Origin: Patescibacteria group bacterium
GTDB lineage: Bacteria; Patescibacteriota; Minisyncoccia; Phycocordibacterales; BOKC01
Direction of reading: 5' to 3'
Assembly (NCBI GenBank): GCA_038062955.1
Contig: JBBTWE010000001.1
Location: 389,640 to 453,639, forward strand
DNA: 64,000 bases
Made by a program: the position numbers and the translations under genes. Below are positions 55,553-64,000 of this stretch, one piece after another. The notes beneath the pieces were generated by a model. It searched no databases and was not told the DNA's origin. It saw nothing but the letters and a program-made list of their open reading frames with translations. Every line of letters starts with the position of its first letter. The stretch's first letter is position 1.

Positions 55553-55807
55553 TCACCGCGTGGGTGTATTACGGACAGGGGTGTTGAAAAACCCCTTATT
55601 GGTCTTCGTACAAGTGCCATCACATCTCCCTTGTTCCAAGGTGGCCAAAATGCGCGCAAATTTCACCTCGCCTTCTTCGTAGAAGATCTCTTGGAGCAAA
55701 TGAGCGTGGCTTTCACCATCGCATCCGTAATACCACTCGAGACGTCCACCATCCGTCGTAATGCCAGGAAGTTGGCTGTTTGCGTAGATGCGGTAACTGG
55801 TGTTCAC
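55553..55807 (-). CDS. Small hypothetical protein (84 aa, islet 5)
   Basis: AAAGGA SD before GTG; own promoter and terminator. Confidence 0.55.
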   Translation of the reverse strand: MNTSYRIYANSQLPGITTDGGRLEWYYGCDGESHAHLLQEIFYEEGEVKFARILATLEQGRCDGTCTKTNKGFFNTPVRNTPTR

Positions 55808-55857
55808 TTCTGTTTCCTTTGCACTTAAGTGCGGCTGGAATTGATGTCAGTGTTTCC

Positions 55858-55963
55858 TGCGACGCAATATACAAGAAAAATCCGGTCTATTGCGTCGCAA
55901 GAAAGCTAAGCAGTATCAAAGAACTACTATTTACAGTATATACTTTTACAGTCTATTTGTCAA
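55858..55963 (-). promoter_or_regulatory. Islet 5 promoter, boxA-like site and leader hairpin
   Basis: TTGACA-17nt-TATACT; AGTTCTTTGA at 55925-55916; TGCGACGCAATA/TATTGCGTCGCA stem. Confidence 0.75.
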
Positions 55964-56064
55964 TAGACTTATATGTTCAAGAATAAGGCTTTTTTAGGAG
56001 ATTAGATGGATTAGATGAACTAGAGGAGATAGGAAACCTAGTACCTCTACTCCCTCTAACTTTT

Positions 56065-57036
56065 CTAGACTATATTCGGTGGAGTCTTTCCGTCAAAATA
56101 AGCAATCAAATTTAATGCTGCGATTTCTGACATTTTGGCACGAGTCTCAATTGTGGCCGAAGCAATGTGTGGAGTAAGAATTACGTTTGGAAGTTTTGCG
56201 AGATCCTTGTAAACCTTTGGCTCATTCTCAAATACATCAAGTGCCGCTCCCCTAATCACTCCGTCTCGGAGAGCCTCAAAAAGAGCTTTTTCATCAATGA
56301 CTGGTCCGCGTGAAGTGTTAACAAGATATGCCGTCCTTTTCATCTTTGACAAACGTTCTTTATTTATCAAATGTTTTGTCGAATCTAAGAGAGGAACATG
56401 TACCGAAACAAAATCAGAAACAGAGAGAAGCTCTTCTGGAGAAGAATAATATTTAGCGCCACATTCTTTTTCAAAGTCCGCATTGGGAGCAATATCGTAA
56501 TAGACAATTTTCATATCAAATCCTTGACTTGCATGATGAGCAACTCGACTACCAATCCTTCCCGCCCCCAAGATTCCCAAAGTTTTGCCTTTTAAATCAT
56601 TACCAAGCATGAGTTCTGGTGCCCAGCCAACATATTTTCCATCTCGCACAAAATTATCAGCTTCAACTAAGCGGGTTGCGATTGCTATGAGCAGAGCAAA
56701 AGTATGTTCAGCAACGGTGTCAGTCAAAACCCCCGGAGTATTAGTGACGGTTATTCCCCTCTTTTTTGCTTCGGTTACATCAATGTTATTGAAACCCACA
56801 GCATAATTGGCAAAAATTTTAGCAGACGGAACCGCATCGTATGTTTCAGAATTTATATTGTCTGTAAGTAAGCACAAAACACCATCATATGGTTTGCGTT
56901 TAAGTTCTTTTATTAACTCCTTGGAGGACAAAACTTTATCTTTTGAACTAATATCCACTTCATAACCCTTATTCTTTAAAAGAGTAATTCCCGCTTCTGG
57001 AATCTTTCTAGTTACATATATTTTTTTACCTGCCAT
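56065..57036 (-). CDS. D-isomer 2-hydroxyacid dehydrogenase (glyoxylate reductase / D-glycerate dehydrogenase family)
   Basis: AVGFNNID, TNTPGVLT, GAGRIG, NTSRGPVIDE, LDVFENEP, LTPHIASAT. Confidence 0.92.
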   Translation of the reverse strand: MAGKKIYVTRKIPEAGITLLKNKGYEVDISSKDKVLSSKELIKELKRKPYDGVLCLLTDNINSETYDAVPSAKIFANYAVGFNNIDVTEAKKRGITVTNTPGVLTDTVAEHTFALLIAIATRLVEADNFVRDGKYVGWAPELMLGNDLKGKTLGILGAGRIGSRVAHHASQGFDMKIVYYDIAPNADFEKECGAKYYSSPEELLSVSDFVSVHVPLLDSTKHLINKERLSKMKRTAYLVNTSRGPVIDEKALFEALRDGVIRGAALDVFENEPKVYKDLAKLPNVILTPHIASATIETRAKMSEIAALNLIAYFDGKTPPNIV

Positions 57037-57042
57037 AGTTTT

Positions 57043-57930
57043 TTAAAGATTATTAAATAATTTAAGCCGATCAGAGACGACTTTTTCCATAGCAATAAGA
57101 GATGGTTTTAAGAACTTGTAAGGAGCGATTTCATCAGGATTTTCTCCAAGTGTAATCTTGAGAGACTGTCTGTAAGCCAAGCGAACTTCTGTATTTATAT
57201 GAACAATAGATATTCCTGATTTTATTGCTTCCACGAAATCTTCGTCAGATGTTCCAGACCCACCGTGCAAAACTAAAGGCACTCCTGCGGCTTTTCTGAT
57301 GAGATTTATTCTTTCCGTATCAATTTTTGGATCATGCCCTCCGCGCAACATCCCATGAATATTACCAACTGCCGGTGCCAAAAGATCTATTCCGGTACTT
57401 TTCACAAATTCCGCAGCAACTTCGGGTTTGGTCAGAAATTCCGCGTCGAGTCGCACCCCTTCTGGAATGCCGTCTAAAATTTTGGATGATTGTCCGATAT
57501 TGCCCAGTTCGGCTTCTACGATAATTTCGAGATCCACTGATCTAGCATATTCAACGCACGCCTTGGTGATTTTAGTATTTTCTTCTAGTGTAATTTGCGC
57601 GCCGTCAAAAATAACAGCATCAAAACCGGCATCTACTGCTTCTTTCACCCCTTCAAACGAATAAGTGTGATCCGCATTCAAAAAAATCGGGTAAGGTTCA
57701 TTGGAATTATTTGGATCCTTGTATTCTTTTCTTAAACTTTTTACTATCGCGGCAATCTGCCTTACACCAATAAATTTTCTCTCTCCTTCCGAAACACCGA
57801 TAATGATGGGTAATTTTAACTTATAAGCAGCATTAAAAACCGCCCACAAAGCTGTTGAGTCCGAAACATTGAAATGACCGATTGCCACTTTCTTCTCCTC
57901 CGCAATCTTTATATAATCTCGAAGATTCAT
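57043..57930 (-). CDS. fba: Class II fructose-bisphosphate aldolase
   Basis: LNADH, VEAELG, APAVGNIHG, LVLHGGSG, INTE. Confidence 0.92.
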   Translation of the reverse strand: MNLRDYIKIAEEKKVAIGHFNVSDSTALWAVFNAAYKLKLPIIIGVSEGERKFIGVRQIAAIVKSLRKEYKDPNNSNEPYPIFLNADHTYSFEGVKEAVDAGFDAVIFDGAQITLEENTKITKACVEYARSVDLEIIVEAELGNIGQSSKILDGIPEGVRLDAEFLTKPEVAAEFVKSTGIDLLAPAVGNIHGMLRGGHDPKIDTERINLIRKAAGVPLVLHGGSGTSDEDFVEAIKSGISIVHINTEVRLAYRQSLKITLGENPDEIAPYKFLKPSLIAMEKVVSDRLKLFNNL

Positions 57931-58027
57931 CTGACTATTTTAACACAAATTCAGATGGAACTAGTAAAATATGATAAAATACTGGGAACAGTTTCAAAAT
58001 ATTGGATTTAACTTTAAATTGACTCAA

Positions 58028-59029
58028 ATGGCAAAACAAATTGATTTCTTAGCAATTGGAGACATCACGACCGACGCATTCATTAGAATTAAAGACGCAT
58101 CGGTTAGTTGCGATGAAAATAAAGAGAATTGCAAACTCTGCGTTTCGTTCGGCGAAAAGATTCCTTATGAATTTGTAAAAGTGGTAAAAGCGGTTGGCAA
58201 CAGTTCAAATGCCGCGGTTTGCGCAAGCCGACTCGGGCTCTCCTCTGGTTTAGTGACTGATATTGGTGGTGATCTAAATGGAAAAGAGTGTTTGGGAGTT
58301 TTAAAAAAAGAGGGGGTAGTTACAAAATATGTTAGAGTCCACAAAGAAATGGAGACAAATTACCATTATGTTTTATGGTACGAAGCAGAGAGAACTATCC
58401 TGATTAAACATCAAGAATATCCATATTCTTTACCAAAGATTAAACAGGCTCCAAAATGGATTTACTTCAGTTCTGTCGCACCAAACTCCATCGACTATCA
58501 TCATGAGATAGCCGACTACGTAAGAAATAATAAAGAAACAACAAAACTGGTGTTTCAGCCAGGAACTTTTCAAATAAAATTAGGTGCTGAAAAATTAAAA
58601 GATCTTTATGAGTTAACAGAAATCTTTTTCTGTAATGTTGAGGAGGCTAAGAAAATTACAGGTCAAGAAAATTCAGAGATAAAGGCTCTCCTTGATGGTA
58701 TCCGCAAGCTCGGACCAAAAATCGTAGTGATTACCGACGGGCCAAAAGGAGCTTATTCCTATGATGGTAAAGAAATTTGGTTTATGCCAATGTATCCAGA
58801 TCCAAAAGCGCCAGTATCGAGAACCGGCGCAGGTGACGCTTTTTCTTCAACATTCACTATTGCACTCGCACTTGGTAAATCTATACCTGAAGCTCTAAGT
58901 TGGGGACCAATTAACTCAATGTCAGTAGTGCAATATGTCGGCGCCCAAGAAGGATTACTAAAAAGAGAAAAATTGGAAGAATTTCTAAAAAACGCTCCAG
59001 AAAATTATAAGCCTCAAAAAATCAGCTAA
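58028..59029 (+). CDS. PfkB-family carbohydrate kinase
   Basis: GNSSNAAVCASRLG, ITDGPKGA, RTGAGDAF; start set at MAKQID. Confidence 0.9.
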   Translation: MAKQIDFLAIGDITTDAFIRIKDASVSCDENKENCKLCVSFGEKIPYEFVKVVKAVGNSSNAAVCASRLGLSSGLVTDIGGDLNGKECLGVLKKEGVVTKYVRVHKEMETNYHYVLWYEAERTILIKHQEYPYSLPKIKQAPKWIYFSSVAPNSIDYHHEIADYVRNNKETTKLVFQPGTFQIKLGAEKLKDLYELTEIFFCNVEEAKKITGQENSEIKALLDGIRKLGPKIVVITDGPKGAYSYDGKEIWFMPMYPDPKAPVSRTGAGDAFSSTFTIALALGKSIPEALSWGPINSMSVVQYVGAQEGLLKREKLEEFLKNAPENYKPQKIS

Positions 59030-59056
59030 TTACCTCCTTCTCCTCGCGTTCACTTA

Positions 59057-60166
59057 TCACTTAATTTCTAATTCGAGTGCCGGTTTTTCGCTAACTTCTA
59101 AAACACTGAAAGAAACACGCCCTATTGTTTGACCTTTGGGAGTTTTTACATTAACCCTCCATTCTCCGGGAGTAATATTTGTTTTTACAGAATATCCGCG
59201 ATAACCTTCGGGCCGGCCACCCATGACTGGAAAATAAACCGAGTTTAAAGTTTTCCATTTTTTTGTCTCACCGTCTTTATATTGCCACTCGTGGACAATA
59301 TCCATATTAAGTTCGGCTGGGGCAAAGACCGAACTAAACAAATAGACCGACTCTTGTGAAGAAGTAACGTGATACTCTACTTTTGGAAAGAAAAAATCAT
59401 GCCACAATTTTTTCTCAACCAAAGCATTATAATCTCCTGAATTTGTTCTCTCTATGAAATGATAAACCCCCGCATCTTTGAGAGAGAGAGGAAAAGGTGG
59501 AATTACATTGGTGAAATAAAAAACATTAATAAGGACAAACACCGAGGCTATACTGACTGATATAGATTTTATTTTCTCTCTAATCTGTGGAAATTTTATT
59601 TGAACCAAATAGATAAAAATGGCAATGATTATCAAACTTATTATTCCACTTGAGAAAAAAACGAGTGAACCTAGACGATGTGTTACATATGGAGCCGCAA
59701 GTAAAATGAAGGAAAAAATCGCAAAAAAATAAACACTCAAAACAAATATTGGCCTGCTATAATATTTTTTAAAAATCTCATTGGATATCATGAGCAAAAC
59801 CAGAACAAGAATAAATGGCCAGCTTGCACGAAGCGAACCACTATAAGAATAGAAGATCACCGAGGCACTAAAAACTGAACCCAAGGCATACTGCAAAATA
59901 AGCGGCGAAAAAACTCGCAAGAAAGAAAGAAAACGATTCCGAATGAGTCCAAGCTCAAAAAAAATCAAAAAAATGCTCCCACCAGCCAAAAATAACTGAA
60001 TTAAAAGTATAAAGAGAGCGGTCTCAAATTTAACCAGACGAAATGTTGCGATATCAGAAATAAAACCCAAAACCAAAGCCGCGGGCATCAAATATCTCTC
60101 GTACCGGGCATACAAATATTTGATCTTGGTAATTCCCAGATAATTAGAAATATGTTCTATAGACAT
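59057..60166 (-). CDS. Multi-pass membrane protein with C-terminal DUF2914-like domain
   Basis: Many TM segments, then IVHEW...GGRPEGYRGYSVK...GEWRVNV. Confidence 0.75.
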   Translation of the reverse strand: MSIEHISNYLGITKIKYLYARYERYLMPAALVLGFISDIATFRLVKFETALFILLIQLFLAGGSIFLIFFELGLIRNRFLSFLRVFSPLILQYALGSVFSASVIFYSYSGSLRASWPFILVLVLLMISNEIFKKYYSRPIFVLSVYFFAIFSFILLAAPYVTHRLGSLVFFSSGIISLIIIAIFIYLVQIKFPQIREKIKSISVSIASVFVLINVFYFTNVIPPFPLSLKDAGVYHFIERTNSGDYNALVEKKLWHDFFFPKVEYHVTSSQESVYLFSSVFAPAELNMDIVHEWQYKDGETKKWKTLNSVYFPVMGGRPEGYRGYSVKTNITPGEWRVNVKTPKGQTIGRVSFSVLEVSEKPALELEIK

Positions 60167-60187
60167 GATTTAGTAGACGCTAGACTT

Positions 60188-61186
60188 CTACTTATCCTTC
60201 CGTCTCGCACTCACTTTCTTAACCGCTTTCACAATATCCACAACTTCCATTCCGTAATAAGCAAGAAGTTCTTCTGGAGTTCCAGACTGACCAAATTTAT
60301 CATCAACACCAACAAATTCCATCGGTACAGGCTGATTTTTTGCCAAACATTCCGCAACAGCGCTTCCCATTCCACCCCTTATTTGATGTTCTTCAACGGT
60401 GACAATTACCCCAGTTTCTTTTGCAAGCTCCACTACCGCTTCTTCATCAAGCGGTTTAATGGTTGCTAGGTTTAAAACTTTTACACTTATCCCTTCATCT
60501 CCCAACTGTTTGGCCGCAACAATTGCTTTATGAACCAAAGCGCCAGTTGCAATAATGCCGACTTCTGGATTTTTCCCGGCGAAAAATATTTGTGCTTTGC
60601 CGATTTGGAAAGGAGTTTCCTCGGTCGTCATAACTGGAGTTTTTTCCCTGGCAAGTCTTATATAAACTGGTGTGCTTGTTTTAGCCGCCTCGAGTGTAGC
60701 TTTTTTAGCTTCAATAGAGTCGCATGGCGAAATCACGACCATTTTAGGAATGACTCTCATAATAGCGATATCTTCTATAGCTTGGTGAGTGCCACCGTCA
60801 GGGCCAACTGAAATACCGGCATGAGAACCAGCAATTTTTACTGGTCTGTCGTTATAACAAATCGTCGTTCTAATTTGTTCCCAGTTTCTTCCTGGAGAAA
60901 ACATCGCGTAGGAAGTGATGAAAGGAATTTTTCCCATAGCAGCCATACCACTTGCAACTGTCGCCAAATTTTGTTCAGCCACTCCAATTTCTACGAATCT
61001 CTCTGGAAACTTTTTTTTGAAAAGATGCATTTGGGTTGATTCGGTAAGGTCAGCACAAAGACCAACAACCCGCGAATCTGCTTCCCCAGCAGCTAGAAGT
61101 CCTTCTCCAAATCCTTTGCGGATTGGAACTTGCTCGACATCCTTATCAAAAATTTTAGGATTTAGTTTTGCTTCTTTTTTTATCAT
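60188..61186 (-). CDS. Transketolase, C-terminal (pyrimidine-binding) subunit
   Basis: EIGVAEQN, GPDGGTHQAIED, PVYIRL, VEEHQIRGGMG. Confidence 0.93.
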   Translation of the reverse strand: MIKKEAKLNPKIFDKDVEQVPIRKGFGEGLLAAGEADSRVVGLCADLTESTQMHLFKKKFPERFVEIGVAEQNLATVASGMAAMGKIPFITSYAMFSPGRNWEQIRTTICYNDRPVKIAGSHAGISVGPDGGTHQAIEDIAIMRVIPKMVVISPCDSIEAKKATLEAAKTSTPVYIRLAREKTPVMTTEETPFQIGKAQIFFAGKNPEVGIIATGALVHKAIVAAKQLGDEGISVKVLNLATIKPLDEEAVVELAKETGVIVTVEEHQIRGGMGSAVAECLAKNQPVPMEFVGVDDKFGQSGTPEELLAYYGMEVVDIVKAVKKVSARRKDK

Positions 61187-61233
61187 ATTTCTATTTATTT
61201 TATATCAGAGCGAACTTTTTTTAATTAGAGCGA

Positions 61234-61326
61234 AATGTCTGCCTTTAAAAACATTGCGGAGAAGCTTGGCTTCGAGCATAGTAAAAATTTAGCAAAATTT
61301 TATACGCGTTTTTAAAGGCAGACATT
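61234..61326. repeat. Palindromic element family D, copy 2
   Basis: Perfect 19-bp IR AATGTCTGCCTTTAAAAAC/GTTTTTAAAGGCAGACATT around a core shared with 33780-33870. Confidence 0.75.
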
Positions 61327-61336
61327 GAGCGACCCC

Positions 61337-62239
61337 TCATTGATGCTCTGACTTAATCTTCCCTTGAAGTGTTCGCAATTCTTCAAGAGCAATTCTTACC
61401 TGATCCTCTTTTGGCGGATCTCCCGGTACATCTTTCTTCCCAAGTGGATCACCATGCCAACGATAATCACGCTCTGCAAATGACACTCCTTTTCCGGCAA
61501 TTGTATGAGCAATAATAACTGTCGGTTTATTGAAAATTGTCTTCGCTTCCTCTACTGCGTTTACAATTTCTTCAAAGTTATGACCGTCAATTTCAAGTAC
61601 GTGCCAATTCCAAGCTTCCCATTTCGCCCTTAGGGGCTCAAGCGGCATGATGTCTTCTGTTACACCATCTATCTGAATATTATTTCGATCAATTATTCCA
61701 ATTAAATTATAAAGTTTTTCTTTACCAGCAAGCATCGCTCCTTCCCAAATATTTCCAGTGTCCAATTCACCATCACTCATGAGGCAATAAAAAAACTTTC
61801 CTGAAGAATTTCCATTATCTATTCTGTCAGCTAAGGCCATACCAACAGTTTGGGAAAGTCCCGAACCAAGGGGGCCAGAACTTGTCTCAAGAGATTTCAG
61901 ATACTCTCTATGAGGATGTCCTTGAAGTCGGCTACCAAATTTTCGAAGGGTTGCAAGTTCTTTTAGTGGAAAATACCCCGCATGCCCCATGGCCGCGTAA
62001 AGTACTGGACAAATGTGGCCATTCGAGAGTACTACTCGATCCCTTCCATCCCAGTCTGGTTTTTTCGGATCGTGTCTAAGTAAATGAAAATAAAGAGCAG
62101 TAAAAATGTCAGCCATACCAAGAGGACCGGCTGTGTGTCCAGACCCAGCCTCAAGCAACATTTCAATTATTGACTGTCTTATTTGATTGGCCACAAGAGC
62201 CAATTCATTCTTTTTTTCGTCTGTAAGTTTTCGAGACAT
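61337..62239 (-). CDS. Transketolase, N-terminal (TPP-binding) subunit
   Basis: AGSGH, RDRVVLSNGH, LQGHP, SGPLGSGLS, SDGELDTG. Confidence 0.93.
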   Translation of the reverse strand: MSRKLTDEKKNELALVANQIRQSIIEMLLEAGSGHTAGPLGMADIFTALYFHLLRHDPKKPDWDGRDRVVLSNGHICPVLYAAMGHAGYFPLKELATLRKFGSRLQGHPHREYLKSLETSSGPLGSGLSQTVGMALADRIDNGNSSGKFFYCLMSDGELDTGNIWEGAMLAGKEKLYNLIGIIDRNNIQIDGVTEDIMPLEPLRAKWEAWNWHVLEIDGHNFEEIVNAVEEAKTIFNKPTVIIAHTIAGKGVSFAERDYRWHGDPLGKKDVPGDPPKEDQVRIALEELRTLQGKIKSEHQ

Positions 62240-62243
62240 TTTA

Positions 62244-62564
62244 TTATTTATTTTTTATACCCACCTTATGTTCAATATTTTCAACACGGATTGACAGGAT
62301 TTTAATCTCTTCTCTTGTCGCGCGATTCAAAGCAAGATCATCTATTCTGTTGCTTAAGCCATTTATTTTTCCAGAAATTTTTTCGTCTAGATCGTTTATC
62401 TTTCCAGAAAGTTTCTCGTCTAAGTCTATGATCTGATTGGAAAGTTTCGTGTCCAAATCCGTGATCATCCCTTCAAACTTTTTATCTGAATTGCCAAAAC
62501 CTCTCGCAATCATTTGGGCAAGATCTTCGGTAGAAACTTTCTTTTTTATCTTTTTCTGAATCAT
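62244..62564 (-). CDS. Small coiled-coil hypothetical protein with 11-aa repeats
   Basis: DLDTKLSNQII-DLDEKLSGKIN-DLDEKISGKIN; tightly packed between rpe and transketolase. Confidence 0.7.
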   Translation of the reverse strand: MIQKKIKKKVSTEDLAQMIARGFGNSDKKFEGMITDLDTKLSNQIIDLDEKLSGKINDLDEKISGKINGLSNRIDDLALNRATREEIKILSIRVENIEHKVGIKNK

Positions 62565-62567
62565 GAT

Positions 62568-63266
62568 CTACAGATTTTTAAATTGTTCTATCGTAGACAT
62601 TATATCATTGCTCTTAAATATTGCTGATCCTGACACGAGCCTATTAGCTCCCGCTTTCACTAGTAGGGGCGCAGTATCTAAATTAACTCCACCATCCACA
62701 CTTATCTGCACCTTGGTATATTGATTTTTAAAATCTTTTATTTTTTGTAAAACTCTTTCGTCGAAAGGTTGTCCTTGAAAACCGATTTTTTCAATTCCCA
62801 TGAACTGAACAAAATCAATATTTTCCAAGTGCGGGTAAATTCTGTCATTAGGAGTATTTATATCGATAGCCAAACCAACCTCAACATACAAAACCGATTC
62901 TTTGGAAACCAACTTCTGTTTGCAGTCTTGTAGGAGTTCTTTAAGCTTTTCTGTAGATTCATAATGGAAAATTATCCTCTTCGCGCCTGCAATAATCCAG
63001 TCAAACCAAATATTCTCCGGATTCTTAACCATCAAATCGACTTCAAAATCAATTTCTTCTAGAGACGGAAATTCTTTTTCTTCTTTCTTGATTGAAATAA
63101 AATCTGGATCCTCTTGTTGATTTAAATACGGCCAAGAAGCTTCGGGAGTAAATTTCCCATCCATAATATCAATTTGAGCCAGAGGAACGAGACCTGTGAC
63201 AGACTGAAGACCCCTTTCCAAATCTTTGAATGTTTTTGGGATAATTGCCGGAATGATTTCAATCAT
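62568..63266 (-). CDS. rpe: Ribulose-phosphate 3-epimerase
   Basis: QIDIMDGKF, GFQGQPF, ISVDGGVN, LVSGSAIF; start set at MIEII. Confidence 0.9.
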   Translation of the reverse strand: MIEIIPAIIPKTFKDLERGLQSVTGLVPLAQIDIMDGKFTPEASWPYLNQQEDPDFISIKKEEKEFPSLEEIDFEVDLMVKNPENIWFDWIIAGAKRIIFHYESTEKLKELLQDCKQKLVSKESVLYVEVGLAIDINTPNDRIYPHLENIDFVQFMGIEKIGFQGQPFDERVLQKIKDFKNQYTKVQISVDGGVNLDTAPLLVKAGANRLVSGSAIFKSNDIMSTIEQFKNL

Positions 63267-63345
63267 ATTAGTAGAAAAAACTTGTAACAAACGGTTATCA
63301 GCTACAACTATAACAAATCATATATCTAAAATCTTAAATTATTTT

Positions 63346-63870
63346 TTATGGATTCCAATAGCAACCGAGAGCGTCATCCTCGTGACCGAACGGAAAATCG
63401 CCGTTACTAGATTCATATTTCCCACTAATTCCGGCGCAGTAATAATCTGGTATGGATGAAGTTGTCCAAAGGGTTGCCATGATGGAATATTTGTACGGAT
63501 CATTTTCTTCATTTGCCATAAGAAATTGGGCTTCGTTAAAAGAGAGTTCTGGAGCGATACTGACTATTTTTTCACATAAAGCAATTACTTGACTGCGATA
63601 AACGCCGCCAAATCCCCCCGACAATTCTGGCAAATCACAATCACCTTCAGAGGGAATTATAAAATCTTTTTGTAAATTTGCGTAGCTTCCACTCTCTACA
63701 TATTCCAACTCTACTAATTTAGCTAATTCATCAACCTCTTGCTTGATAACGGCATTTTTTGCCTTATATCTTATATTGGTCAAGACCAACAAAACTATCG
63801 AGGCTAAAATACCAATAATGGCAATTACCACAAGAAGTTCGATTAAGCTAAATCCTCGTTTCAATTTCAT
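63346..63870 (-). CDS. Type IV pilin / pseudopilin-like protein
   Basis: Class III signal KRGFSLIELLVVIAIIGILASIV. Confidence 0.9.
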   Translation of the reverse strand: MKLKRGFSLIELLVVIAIIGILASIVLLVLTNIRYKAKNAVIKQEVDELAKLVELEYVESGSYANLQKDFIIPSEGDCDLPELSGGFGGVYRSQVIALCEKIVSIAPELSFNEAQFLMANEENDPYKYSIMATLWTTSSIPDYYCAGISGKYESSNGDFPFGHEDDALGCYWNP

Positions 63871-63900
63871 ATAAAATTCCTTATTTTCCCCCAGGGCCTA

Positions 63901-63965
63901 CCCGTAGTGAATTTTGGCATTGTTGCATTCGCAACGGGAGTTGCTATGCCAAAATCTACTACGGG
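63901..63965. mobile_element. Short family A element upstream of the pilin gene
   Basis: CCCGTAGTGAATTTTGGCAT...ATGCCAAAATCTACTACGGG. Confidence 0.7.
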
Positions 63966-64000
63966 GCTAGCTCTATTCTACCTCATCTAGCATTTTATTT

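Noticed and set aside
86-63459. Numerous 60-200 aa ORFs antisense to or overlapping core genes (for example 45358..45963, 30759..31262, 54197..54628, 55469..55828)
   Set aside because: They are shadow frames with no recognisable motifs or expression signals.
1-64000. Complete DGR cassette (reverse transcriptase, Avd, AAY-rich template repeat) or retron
   Set aside because: No ORF has RT motifs and I found no adenine-rich near-copy of either candidate variable region; only putative targets are present.
1-64000. CRISPR array or cas genes
   Set aside because: No run of identical repeats with unique spacers. The 47148-47315 repeat has similar spacers and derives from tRNA, and the Cas4-like nuclease is fused to a housekeeping helicase.
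1-64000. Alternative genetic code (UGA as Gly)
   Set aside because: Core genes are full length under code 11, and TGA serves as the stop at expected ends (for example rnc and the transketolase N-subunit).

Overview
AT-rich, gene-dense bacterial chromosome segment with about 46 CDS (mostly minus strand) and one tRNA-Thr(UGU). The gene content and compact protein forms suggest a Patescibacteria/CPR (Parcubacteria-like) genome using genetic code 11; this is inferred, not searched. The backbone is housekeeping: helicase-nuclease, rpoD, dnaG, rpoBC, trmD-khpA-rpsP, rnr, short SMC, rnc, nusB-NUDIX, rnhB, dnaE, thrS, gyrB, single-chain PheRS, tsf, rpsB, prfA, ribosomal proteins and pentose/hexose-phosphate enzymes, plus two large paralogous Fn3 surface proteins and a pilin. 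The best candidate for an undescribed system is a set of dispersed, GC-richer, self-contained expression islets (about 54-1075, 32830-33650, 43155-43725, and two in 54990-55965). They share one layout: near-consensus sigma70 promoter, boxA-like element, structured leader, Shine-Dalgarno site, orphan ORF, intrinsic terminator. Two islets encode proteins whose 3' ends look like diversity-generating-retroelement (DGR) variable regions. Those two also share a 16-nt transcript-start motif and a 34-nt element in mutually complementary orientation. No reverse transcriptase or template repeat is present in the window. Two ORF-less structured units at 30054-30430 look like small RNAs. By contrast, at least seven backbone genes look leaderless. 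Intergenic DNA carries several families of small palindromic elements, one of which sits exactly at start codons. All calls come from reading the sequence; no searches or folding programs were run.
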